A DNA stretch of 22,521 nt from Armatimonadota bacterium. Its GTDB lineage: Bacteria > Sysuimicrobiota > Sysuimicrobiia > Sysuimicrobiales > Humicultoraceae. Under the pieces are notes generated by a model. It ran no database searches and was not told where the DNA came from. It worked only from the letters and a program-made list of their open reading frames with translations. The stretch is taken from contig JBQTJP010000130.1 in NCBI GenBank assembly GCA_052386995.1, positions 1-22,521 of the forward strand, given 5' to 3'. Shown one piece after another: positions 1 through 8,875 of the stretch. The number at the start of each line of letters is the position of its first letter. The first letter of the stretch is position 1. Made by a program: the position numbers and the translations under genes.

Positions 1-300
1 ATCATGGGATACGCTCTGTACCTTGCACAGGTTGGTCAGAAGCATCCTGATGCGAAACCGTTGAAAGGATTCCGTGGCGCTCGCGTGTTAGAGGTCGTCG
101 AAGACTTCGAAGGGAATGCCTATCGGGGCCGTCTACACCGTCAAGCTGGCCAACGTTGTCTACGTCCTTCATGCCTTCCGGAAGAAGTCGAAGAACATCA
201 AGAGGTCGCAGGCCGACATGGACAAAGTGAGGGCTCGGCTCAAGCTGGCGATGGGGATTCACGCTCGGCATGGGGCAAGGCGGAGAAGAATGAGGTGTGA
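1..300 (+). pseudogene. Type II TA toxin, RelE/ParE (Gp49/HigB-like) family; 5' end outside window; frameshifted
   Basis: Frame 1 gives GYALYLAQVGQKHPDAKPLKGFRGARVLEVVEDFEGNAYR. The family continuation AVYTVKLANVVYVLHAFRKKS is in frame 2 after the GGGG run at 125-128. A cognate HTH antitoxin follows directly. Confidence 0.8.
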
Positions 301-301
301 G

Positions 302-631
302 ATGAAAAGCGGACGTGACTACAAACTCGGCAGCGGCAACGTATTCGTCGACCTAGGCGTGGGTGCGCCCGAACAGGCGCTCGCTAAGGCCGAGTTGACA
401 GCGAAAATTGCGCAGATCATCGAGAGCAGGAGTCTAACCCAGGCTGAGGCGGCCAAGCTGCTCGGCGTTGATCAGCCCAAGGTCTCCGCACTTCTCCGTG
501 GCAGGCTGACGGGTTTTTCTACGGACCGGCTCATCAAGTTCCTCAACGCACTGGGGCGTGATGTCGAGATCGTTGTGCGAGATCGTCCGCGGGCGAAAGG
601 ACCCGGGCGCCTCCAGGTGCTGGTTTCATGA
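302..631 (+). CDS. XRE/HigA2-like HTH antitoxin
   Basis: ATG at 302 with GAGGTG at 293-298. Contains the SGNVFVDLG motif and the HTH LTQAEAAKLLGVDQPKVSALLRG..FSTDRLIKFLNALG. Directly follows the RelE-like toxin. Confidence 0.9.
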   Translation: MKSGRDYKLGSGNVFVDLGVGAPEQALAKAELTAKIAQIIESRSLTQAEAAKLLGVDQPKVSALLRGRLTGFSTDRLIKFLNALGRDVEIVVRDRPRAKGPGRLQVLVS

Positions 632-1055
632 GGTACTTAACAGTGCCCCTCGCTATCGCCACCAACACCGCCGGTTTCCAGCACGGGTGAACCTGCCAGA
701 TTCCGACTTCCACGATGACTCCCAGAATGGGTCTCCGTGTGAACGGGCGTCGGCCCTGCCGCATCCGTCAGCCAACGGACACCATGAAGAGGCCATCGCG
801 ACGATTCAAGAGATTCGGGTTCCTCGTCGCTATGCCAAGGTCCGCAAACGGCATAACCGCGTCCGGACGCAGGCAGGACGCCTCAGTCCGCGAACGTTCA
901 TGGACTTCGTCCCAGCCTCTGGCTTGGCCGTCGCGTTGGGTGGACCCAGGGTAGGTTCCTGCCGATCATCTTTTCGGGCAGGACCGCTGAGGAAGGCGTC
1001 GAAGAGAGTTTGGGCGCTACGGGCGGATCGACGAAACCTCATCGAGGTGAACCTA

Positions 1056-1823
1056 ATGCGGCCGGTGGGGCTTGCGGTCGTTTTGCTGCTGCTCGTGAAC
1101 CTCCCCGCTGCCACTCAGGCCCCTGTGGGGAACTCGGTTGACCACCTCGGACTAAATGTCACGGCGTCGCCCCTGGACTCCTTGACGCTGCGCCAAGCGA
1201 TAGCATCGGCGATCGACCGACGCGCGGTCTTTGAGGCGACTAGAGGTAGGTTACCAGGCGGTCTGAGCGCCACGGGACCAGCAAACGGGTGGTTCCCTCC
1301 CTCGCTTCCGCAGCATAACCCGGACGCGGGTGCCTATCCCTACGATGTGGCCGCCGCAAGGAACTTGCTGAGTCGGGCAGGGTTTCCCGAGGGGCGGGGT
1401 GTTCCGGAGCTCGAGGTGCTTTACAATCAGGGACCACCTATCGGGGCGTTTCGCGTCGCTGGAGGTGCGGTGGTCAAGGCCCAACTCGAGGCAGTCGGTA
1501 TCAGGGTGAAGCTTACGAGCCTCCCGACTCTCCAAGACCTCCTTAACCGAGTGCTTCCAGGCCAGGGCCGCCAAGCGCAGTTCCAAGCATTCCTTTTCGC
1601 CTGGACGGCGGTCTCGCCCACCGACGACTTTTTGAGCCGGCATTTTCTCCAAGGGGGACAAAGGAACGCTTACGGGTACAGGAATGCGGACGTCACGCTC
1701 CTCATTGCCAACAGTCTCAAGGAGACAGATGCGACGAAACGGATCGCCATGCTGCGGGAGGCGGAGCGACTCGTCCTGCTTGATGCGCCCGTCGTTCCGG
1801 TAATGTATCTCTACGCGCCGTGA
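1056..1823 (+). CDS. Secreted protein made of only the C-terminal lobe of a family 5 (OppA/DppA-like) solute-binding protein, 255 aa
   Basis: RBS GAGGTG 1044-1049, ATG 1056, signal peptide MRPVGLAVVLLLLVNLPAATQA. SBP5 motifs: HLGLNVTASPLDSLTLRQAIASAIDR, YPYDVAAARNLLSRAGF, QLEAVGIRVKL, NAYGYRNADV, EAERLVLLDAPVVPVMY. Confidence 0.8.
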   Translation: MRPVGLAVVLLLLVNLPAATQAPVGNSVDHLGLNVTASPLDSLTLRQAIASAIDRRAVFEATRGRLPGGLSATGPANGWFPPSLPQHNPDAGAYPYDVAAARNLLSRAGFPEGRGVPELEVLYNQGPPIGAFRVAGGAVVKAQLEAVGIRVKLTSLPTLQDLLNRVLPGQGRQAQFQAFLFAWTAVSPTDDFLSRHFLQGGQRNAYGYRNADVTLLIANSLKETDATKRIAMLREAERLVLLDAPVVPVMYLYAP

Positions 1824-1940
1824 TGTCGTGGCGACTACAACGACTGAACCAGCGGTGGGGGGATGGTCAGCAGCGATCAGTTCTTTGCAATTATTATAGC
1901 TCCACGTCGAGGCATTACGGGTCGCCCCGCAGGGATCCTC

Positions 1941-2477
1941 TCACTGCTTCCAGGACCACGCAAGCGACGGGTCGTAGACTGCAAGGACTTCCACCTCGTT
2001 GTTGCGGACTCCAATGAAGAGGCCGAGCCGCTCCCAAACCATGGCGGTGTAGGTGAAGCTGGTATCGACGCGATCGATCCACTGCCTGTCGGGTAGCCCG
2101 TATGCAGCGATTACTTTGCCAAGAGGCTCCCCTAGCCGGACATCTTCCTTTGTCCGATACTTCATGAGCTCGGCATCAGCGGCATTGCGTCGTCGCCAGA
2201 TAGCGATCGCCACTACTCTCCCTTGAAACGCATTGAATTGAAACCCGGAATCATACCAGAAGTAGAATCTTCCACCGCTGAGAGTAATAGTCGGTGCCAT
2301 CCGAAACTGACTTCCGAACATTTCTCGAAATATTCGCAATAGGTCTTGCTCGGTAGCGCCGAGTGTCCACTTGCCGAACCGCTTCCCATCGACCAGATAA
2401 TCGTGCTCCTGAGCCAGAAGGGCACCAGTGTCGAGAACAAGGACGAAGATGACGAACAAGAGCGACATGCACGTCAC
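1941..2477 (-). CDS. Secreted hypothetical protein, 178 aa
   Basis: AGGAGGTG RBS just upstream of the GTG start. Hydrophobic signal peptide ending LLA-QE. Internal pseudo-repeat (LGATEQDLLRIF / LGEPLGKVIAAYG). Confidence 0.7.
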   Translation of the reverse strand: MTCMSLLFVIFVLVLDTGALLAQEHDYLVDGKRFGKWTLGATEQDLLRIFREMFGSQFRMAPTITLSGGRFYFWYDSGFQFNAFQGRVVAIAIWRRRNAADAELMKYRTKEDVRLGEPLGKVIAAYGLPDRQWIDRVDTSFTYTAMVWERLGLFIGVRNNEVEVLAVYDPSLAWSWKQ

Positions 2478-3007
2478 GATCGCACCTCCTTCATCTTCAC
2501 CACATCGCGTTGCCGTCTCAGCCGACCGAATAGGTCGTGACGGGAGGATAGTCTTCGTAGCTTGCCTCGGCTTCCCTTGCTACATTGGCATGGCGCAGCC
2601 CGTACCACGCGCTCGATTGGAGCGGCGTACCGCAGGCGCTGTCCAGCTGAAGTAGCGACATGGATGGAGCCGAATTACATGTAGTACTTAAACTGGTCCC
2701 GATGCGTGGACAGACGCCCCCGGGCTGCCACAGGCCGTGCTTCATCGCGCAAAGAGGAGGTGCTGGAAGGTGTTATCTCCCAGCGCCGAAGGCCCTGACT
2801 TTTCCCCGCCCACCAGCTGCTTGATCGCAGTGCCAAGCGGCGAGCCGCGACCCAGCGTCTCGGTCGGTCATGCAGGAAACTCGCGCCTCGGCGCAAACAG
2901 AGTCTCTTGACTACCAGGTTCAATCGTCTTCTGTTCGTAGTCAGCCATTACATCGTGCCCTTGTAGCGCAAGCGACATCGTTTGCCACCGAACTCACATT
3001 CACTAGT

Positions 3008-3097
3008 CTAGGAGCGTGTCCGAGAAATCGCTCTCGAACAGGCCTTCCATGAAGTGACAGCGAATCTCTTTCCATGCCGACCAAAGAGTATCGCCCC
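3008..3097 (+). mobile_element. Possible IS terminal remnant (IS1182/IS5-like left end plus first transposase codons)
   Basis: CTAG followed by GAGCGTGTCCGAGAA resembles IS1182/IS5-type terminal inverted repeats. ATG 3074 starts MPTKEYRP, similar to IS1182 transposase N-termini. No partner end and no transposase body in the window. Confidence 0.35.
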
Positions 3098-3144
3098 GGC
3101 GGCGACCCGGCGCAGAAGGTCAGCGAGGGTGGGAACGTAGTGCT

Positions 3145-3220
3145 CTCATGCCGTCAGCGATACCTCCACCCACCGCCGCTCAGGGGTGTGTAGTCCGTCG
3201 GAATCCTCCTCCCCCAGCCA
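3145..3220 (+). repeat. att-like direct repeat, copy 1 (tRNA-Gln-type 3' end plus putative integrase C-terminal tail on minus strand)
   Basis: 70/76 identical to 8876-8951. Last 20 nt GAATCCTCCTCCCCCAGCCA match a tRNA T-arm 3' half, acceptor strand, discriminator G and CCA. Minus strand reads WLGEEDSDGLHTPERRWVEVSLTA*. Confidence 0.85.
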
Positions 3221-3224
3221 TACA

Positions 3225-3238
3225 CGAACACTTGTTCG
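3225..3238. promoter_or_regulatory. Putative LexA/SOS box (GAAC-N4-GTTC type)
   Basis: CGAACACTTGTTCG palindrome fits the GAAC-N4-GTTC LexA box and lies 4 nt after att copy 1. Confidence 0.5.
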
Positions 3239-3248
3239 GTATAGCCTC

Positions 3249-3989
3249 GGGAGCCCCAACCTGGGGCGGTTCGCGGAACAGCACCAGGATCTCGTGCGCG
3301 CGGACGCCTGTGTGTGGGAAGGCGGGTTCAAAGACAGCACGGGCCGGCTGGTGATTTACTGCGGTGTGAAGGGGATCTGCTACGTCGAGATCCGCGCGCA
3401 CGGTGGTCATTCCGATCTCCACTCGATGTGGGGGTCCATCGCACCCAATCCGCTCTGGCGGCTCGTCTGGGCGCTCGCACAGCTCAAGACCGCAGACGAA
3501 CGGGTGCAGATCCCGGGCTTCTACGACTCCGTCCGACCGCCGGCACCGCGAGACCTGGACGTGCTGCGGTCTATGCCGTTCGATGCCGCTGAGCGTGCTA
3601 CCGAGCTTGGCTTCCCGCGTTTCGTGCTGGGACTCCAAGGGCTGCCGCTGCTCGAGAAACACGTCTTTCAGCCGACCTGCACGATCTGCGGAATCGGCGG
3701 CGGCTACGCCGGGCCGGGGGTAAAGACCGTCTTGCCCAATGGCGCGTGGGCTAAGGTGGATTTCCGCCTGGTGCCCGACCAGGATCCGCAGGACGTGTTT
3801 CAGCGCCTGCGGGCGTTCATGGACCGGATCGGGTGCACGGATTTCGAGATCACGCCGCTGGGCGCCGAGCATCCCGCCCGCACGGCGCTGGACGATGACC
3901 TGGTCGAGGCGTCCATCGCGGTCGCTCGGGCAATCTATGCGTCCGAGCCGATCATGGCGGCGGGCCACAGAGTAGCCCTTCGGGAGTAA
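3249..3989 (+). pseudogene. Internal fragment of an M20 family peptidase (ArgE/DapE/dipeptidase-like)
   Basis: Motifs GSPNL, CGVKGICYVEI, DLHS..GSIAPNPLWRL, QIPGFYD, PTCTICGIGGGYAGPGVKTVLP, KVDFRLVPDQDP. Starts just after the expected GEEE catalytic motif and diverges after EPI (3953), before the C-terminal HAPNE-type metal ligand. No real start codon or RBS. Confidence 0.85.
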
Positions 3990-4148
3990 GTCGGTTCGCC
4001 CCTCCGAGTTGTGGAACGGCCTCGCATCCGGCGCGCCAAGACGCGATGCTCTGCACGGTCAATGAAGCGACCAAGCGGTGGCTGCCTCCGAAGGAGACGC
4101 CCCTGGCCGGTATAGAACGTTGCCACAAGCCAGCCAAGGGGGAGTCGT

Positions 4149-6908
4149 ATGCCTGCTCTCCCGACCGGGACGGTCACCTTCCTCTTCACGGACATTGAGG
4201 GGTCCACCCGACTCCTCCAGTCGCTCGGTGGCGGCTACTCAGAAGCGTTCGAAGTGCATCGACGATTGCTGCGCGAGGCGGTCAAAGAGTTTGGTGGCCA
4301 CGAGTTTGAGACCCAAGGCGACGGTCTCTTCGTGGCCTTCCCCACTGCTAGGGGCGCGCTAGCGGCAGCCGTCGCTGCGCAGCGGGCGCTCCACGGGTAT
4401 CCGTGGCCTGAGGGGGCACCCGTGCGCGTCCGGATGGGCTTGCACACAGGCCAGCCCACAGTCACTGACTCCGGCTATATCGGATTGGACCTTCATCGGA
4501 CCGCCCGGATCTGCACGGCTGGCCACGGCGGGCAGATTCTCGTCTCTCAAACCACGCGGGACCTTGCGGAGGACGAACTGTCTGGGGGCGTCACGCTGCA
4601 AGACCTTGGTGAGCATCGGCTCAAGGACCTGTCCCGTCGAGAGCGGCTCTTTCAGCTGGTAACACCGGATCTTCCTTACCACTTTCCTCCACTCAGGACC
4701 CTCGACAACACTCCTAACAATCTCCCTCGGCAGCTTACATCCTTTGTGGGCCGCGAACGAGAACTCTCGGACATCAAGAATCTGCTGCCGAGAACGCCCC
4801 TCCTCACCCTGAGTGGTGCTGGCGGCTCGGGGAAAAGCCGGCTCGCTCTGCAGGTGGCGATCGAGGTTATGGATCAGTACTCAGATGGCGTGTGGTTCGT
4901 TCAACTAGCCCCGCTCCTGGAGCCTGGTCTTGTGCCTCAGGCTGTGGCCTCTGCACTCGCGATCCCTGAGCAACGAGGACGCCCTGTGGTGGACGTGCTG
5001 CTGGGCTACCTTAGGCACAAGACGTTACTCCTTATGTTGGACAATGCGGAGCACTTACTCTCTGCGTGTGTCGATTTAGTGGACGCGTTGTTGCGGGGAT
5101 GCGCCGGCCTTCAGATCCTCGTAACAAGCCGCGAGCCTCTGCGGATCGAGGGGGAGCGCAACTATCCTGTGCCTCCTCTCTCGGTCCCCTCACAGGGAAT
5201 CCTCATCCCCATCGCCACGCTGGTCCAGGCGGAAGCGGTTCAGTTGTTCGTGGATAGAGCGACGGCCGCCCGGCCCTCATTCGCCCTGAGCGAGCAGAAT
5301 GCTGCGGCCGTTCTCCAGATCTGTCAGCGCCTGGACGGTATCCCATTGGCCCTTGAACTGGCAGCCGCGCGCGTGAAGGCGCTCTCGGTCGAGAGGATCG
5401 CCGAGAGGTTGGACGATCAGTTCCACCTGCTCACGGAGGGAAGCCGGACCGCGCCACTGCGACATCAGACGCTGCGGGCCACGATGGACTGGAGCTACGA
5501 TCTGCTCGCCGAGTCCGAGAGACTTCTCTTCGGGCGGCTGGCAGTCTTTGCCGGGACCATTGACCTGGAAGCGGCGGAGGCGGTCTGCTCAGACGAGCGC
5601 CTGGAAGCCTCGTCGATTGTTGACTTGCTGGCGCGGCTGGTAGAAAAGTCGCTGGTCCTTGTGGAAGATCGCCAGGGAGAGGCGAGGTATCGTCTACTCG
5701 AGCCGGTGCGGCAGTATGCTTTGAGCCGGCTTCAGGAGACGGACGAAACACCGGGAATTCGAGGCCGGCATCGCGAGGTCTTCAGCGCTCTTGCGGAGCA
5801 GGGGCACGTGGGCCTTGCGAGCGCAGAGCGTCTAGTGTGGCGGGCGCGCATCGAGGCCGACCACGACAATATCCGAGCAACGCTGCGTTGGTCGATCGAC
5901 AACCGCGACATGGAAAACGCTGCGAGTCTCGGGGCGGCAATGGCCCGCTTCTGGGTGAGCCGGGGGTTCGTCCATGAAGCTTGGACGTGGCTCAACGAAC
6001 TCCGACAGTACGAGGACCAAATATCGCTACACACGCGGGCAAAGCTCCTGAACGGCGTGGGGCTGGTAGCCTTTGAGATCGGCGATGCGCTGCGGCAGGC
6101 GACCGAGGCAGCCGAAAATGCGCTCACGCTCTTCCGACAGCTTGGCGATTACGAGTGGGTCGAGATCAGCGCTCGATTGCTGGGGATGATCGAGCTCGAG
6201 CGTGGCCGCTACGAGCGGGCCAGTGCGCTGCTGGAGGAGGCAGCCAGTCTTGCGAGTCAGCGTGGCGATCTCGTCGCCGAAGCGGAGGCACTTCGTCAGC
6301 GAGGCTACCTTGCGGGGAAGCACGGCGACTACGCGCTGGCTACGCAACTGCTAGAACGAAGCCTGGCGATTGTGCGACCGACGGGGCGGCGACGGTCCAT
6401 TGGCTTTACTCTCGGCCACTTGGCGCAGGTCTACCACTATCAGGGACAGTCTGATCGCGCCATCGATATGCTTCAGGAGGCGCTTTCGCATTGCATGGCG
6501 GCAGAACACGGAACCAGCACCGTTTACTTTCTCAAAGTGCTGGGCCTGGCACACTTGCAGACAGCCAATTATCATAAGGCCGCTGAGGCGTACCGCAGAT
6601 GTCTTGCACTCGCCCGCGAGGCTGGATACCAGTGGGCGTTTGCGGAGTGCCTCATAGGATTCGGCGGCCTAGCCATTGCCAGGGGTGACTCTGCCATCGC
6701 GGTCCGGCTGCTCGCGGCCGCGGAAGCTTTCCTGACGGCGTTCGACTACGTTATCCCGTCCGCGGATGAAGCATACTTCAAGCAACTCGTCGAGACCGTC
6801 CGTCGCTCAATGACGCCAGACGACTTCACAAGGGCTTGGAGCGAGGGCCAACTGATGACGATGGACCAGGCGATCGAGTGTGCGCAAAGCGTTAAGGAAG
6901 GACTTTAG
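4149..6908 (+). CDS. Class III adenylate/guanylate cyclase domain + STAND (NB-ARC-like) ATPase + wHTH + TPR repeats, 919 aa
   Basis: Cyclase motifs TFLFTDIEGST, QGDGLFVAF, RVRMGLHTG, HGGQIL. Linker NNLPRQLTSFVGRE, Walker A GAGGSGKS, Walker B LLMLDNAEHL, LDGIPLALELAAAR, then TPR-like helices. Confidence 0.93.
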   Translation: MPALPTGTVTFLFTDIEGSTRLLQSLGGGYSEAFEVHRRLLREAVKEFGGHEFETQGDGLFVAFPTARGALAAAVAAQRALHGYPWPEGAPVRVRMGLHTGQPTVTDSGYIGLDLHRTARICTAGHGGQILVSQTTRDLAEDELSGGVTLQDLGEHRLKDLSRRERLFQLVTPDLPYHFPPLRTLDNTPNNLPRQLTSFVGRERELSDIKNLLPRTPLLTLSGAGGSGKSRLALQVAIEVMDQYSDGVWFVQLAPLLEPGLVPQAVASALAIPEQRGRPVVDVLLGYLRHKTLLLMLDNAEHLLSACVDLVDALLRGCAGLQILVTSREPLRIEGERNYPVPPLSVPSQGILIPIATLVQAEAVQLFVDRATAARPSFALSEQNAAAVLQICQRLDGIPLALELAAARVKALSVERIAERLDDQFHLLTEGSRTAPLRHQTLRATMDWSYDLLAESERLLFGRLAVFAGTIDLEAAEAVCSDERLEASSIVDLLARLVEKSLVLVEDRQGEARYRLLEPVRQYALSRLQETDETPGIRGRHREVFSALAEQGHVGLASAERLVWRARIEADHDNIRATLRWSIDNRDMENAASLGAAMARFWVSRGFVHEAWTWLNELRQYEDQISLHTRAKLLNGVGLVAFEIGDALRQATEAAENALTLFRQLGDYEWVEISARLLGMIELERGRYERASALLEEAASLASQRGDLVAEAEALRQRGYLAGKHGDYALATQLLERSLAIVRPTGRRRSIGFTLGHLAQVYHYQGQSDRAIDMLQEALSHCMAAEHGTSTVYFLKVLGLAHLQTANYHKAAEAYRRCLALAREAGYQWAFAECLIGFGGLAIARGDSAIAVRLLAAAEAFLTAFDYVIPSADEAYFKQLVETVRRSMTPDDFTRAWSEGQLMTMDQAIECAQSVKEGL

Positions 6909-6979
6909 TCGTCTCCATCCGAAGGCCCGCGACATCGGCTCAAGCCTCATCTCGAGTTCGTCAACACGAGGTGGTGCTG

Positions 6980-8350
6980 GTGGCATCGATCGACGAGGAC
7001 CGCGTCAAGGCGCTCGCCGCGACTTTCTCCGGCACGCTGCTCCGTCCTGGGAACGACGGATACGAGGAAGCACGAAGAATCCACAACGGTCTGATTGACA
7101 AGCGGCCGGCCTTGATCGCCCGTTGCGTCGGCACGGCTGACATCATTGAGGCTCTCGGTTTCGCCCGGGAGCAAGGGCTCGAGATCTCCGTGCGCGGGGG
7201 CGGGCACAACGTAGCAGGCCGTTCGGTCACGAACGGCGGTGCAATGATTGACTTGTCGCTGATGAAGGGGATCCACATCGAACCCAAGGCGCGCACGGTG
7301 CGGGCGCAGGGTGGGGTGACGTGGCGTGAGTTCAACCGGGAAACTCATGTGCACGGGCTGGCCACCACCGGGGGAGTGATCTCCACCACCGGGATCGCCG
7401 GGCTCACTTTGGGCGGCGGGCTGGGCTGGCTGATGGGGAAGCATGGCCTGTCCGTAGACAACCTGCTGTCCGTCGAGCTCGTGACTGCGATGGGGGAAGT
7501 CCTGACTGCGAGCACGGAGAACCATCCTGACCTGTTCTGGGCCCTCCGCGGAGGTGGGGGAAACTTCGGTGTGGCGGTGTCCTTCGAGTTTCGGCTCCAC
7601 TCTTTGTCTCAGGTGTACGGGGGCCTTGTGGCCCATCCCTTTGACGCAGCAAGGGATGTCTTTCGCTTCTGCAGGGACTTCACCGGGTCGGTGCCCGATG
7701 AGCTGGCCGTGATGCCACTCCTGGTCCATGCGCCAGATGGATCGGGAGTGCCGCTGGCAGCCGTGGCCATGTGCCATGTCGGCACTCCCGACCAGGCCGA
7801 GGCTGACCTCAAACCGCTCCTGGAGTTCGGCACGCCCGCGATGGTCCAGGTCGGGCCGATGCCATACCCGGCGCTGAACATGATGCTCGATGCAGGCTTC
7901 CCGATGGGGGCTCTGTATTACTGGAAGTCGAGCTTCGTCCCGACCCTAAACGACGAGACTATTGATGCTATGGTTGATCGGTTCGCCATGTGCCCCTCGC
8001 CGATGACCGGCATTGCCATTGAGCACTTCCACGGAGCAGTGACCCGCGTCGGACTGTCGGACACCGCGGTGCCCCATCGGGAGCCAAGCTACAATGTTCT
8101 GATTGCTTCCGTGTGGGCGGACCCAGCGACAACAAATGAGAATATTGCCTGGACGCGGGCGACCTACGCCGCCCTTGCGCCATACCTCGTGAACAGAAGG
8201 TATGTGGGCTACCTCAGCGACGACGATGTGGGTGACGCAGTCCGGGCAGCTTACGGGCCGAACTACGCACGGCTGGCCCAGGCGAAGCGCCGGTACGATC
8301 ACGATAACATCTTCTGTCTGAACCACAACATTCAGCCCGCCGCAGCGTAG
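6980..8350 (+). CDS. FAD-binding oxidoreductase, BBE-like / 6-hydroxy-D-nicotine oxidase family
   Basis: RGGGHN covalent-FAD His motif, TGIAGLTLGGGLGWL, DLFWALRGGGGNFGV and BBE C-terminus YGPNYARLAQAKRRYDHDNIF. GTG 6980 fits the GAGG RBS at 6968-6971; the ORF is open from 6971. Confidence 0.93.
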   Translation: MASIDEDRVKALAATFSGTLLRPGNDGYEEARRIHNGLIDKRPALIARCVGTADIIEALGFAREQGLEISVRGGGHNVAGRSVTNGGAMIDLSLMKGIHIEPKARTVRAQGGVTWREFNRETHVHGLATTGGVISTTGIAGLTLGGGLGWLMGKHGLSVDNLLSVELVTAMGEVLTASTENHPDLFWALRGGGGNFGVAVSFEFRLHSLSQVYGGLVAHPFDAARDVFRFCRDFTGSVPDELAVMPLLVHAPDGSGVPLAAVAMCHVGTPDQAEADLKPLLEFGTPAMVQVGPMPYPALNMMLDAGFPMGALYYWKSSFVPTLNDETIDAMVDRFAMCPSPMTGIAIEHFHGAVTRVGLSDTAVPHREPSYNVLIASVWADPATTNENIAWTRATYAALAPYLVNRRYVGYLSDDDVGDAVRAAYGPNYARLAQAKRRYDHDNIFCLNHNIQPAAA

Positions 8351-8875
8351 CGTGATGCGACCCGAGGCGCCGGCCCATCGTCTGTTTGAACATGATTCAG
8401 CGTAGTTGCTATGAAAGAAACCACTCCCGGCAGCTCTCACTCCTGAGGTAATTGTGAAATCGTCTAATCGGGAGCCTTCATTCAATCAAGCCTGCGAGGT
8501 CAGTCGCACTTCCTGATTTGATAACTTCCAAATCCCCCTGCCGGCACTACGTCTGTACTCATTGTTAGGAGACCAGAACTCGGACTACTGGTAATTCAAC
8601 TAGCGGGCCCCGCTACCAATGCTGACGCTGGCCGCGGACTCAACCCTTTGTTTTGTACGTACCTCTGTGGGAACCTCTCTACAGAGCACCCCAAACTTCT
8701 TCTGATGGATAGAGCGATACTCCTCCGGGTCGTGACCCGGCCGTTAATCCTCCTCGAAGATGTCGGAGCAAATCGGCTAACCCAGGCAACTCGATTGACG
8801 TGCGCAGATCGCAGCGTGGGCGGCTTCACCTCTCTCGGCCGCGATCTGCCGGGTGCGTTGGCCAGGACCGCCATG

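Noticed and set aside
558..1055. N-terminal extension of the 421-aa ORF 558..1823
   Set aside because: Arg/Pro-rich with no SBP5 similarity, and it overlaps the antitoxin. The RBS and signal peptide point to ATG 1056.
2500..3000. Short ORFs between the secreted protein and the IS-like end
   Set aside because: No convincing start signals or family motifs in any frame.
8351..8875. Protein-coding gene in the AT-richer stretch (ORFs 8596..8904, 8648..9007, 7946..8485)
   Set aside because: No RBS or recognisable motif, and some cross the att repeat. Treated as non-coding or decayed island DNA.
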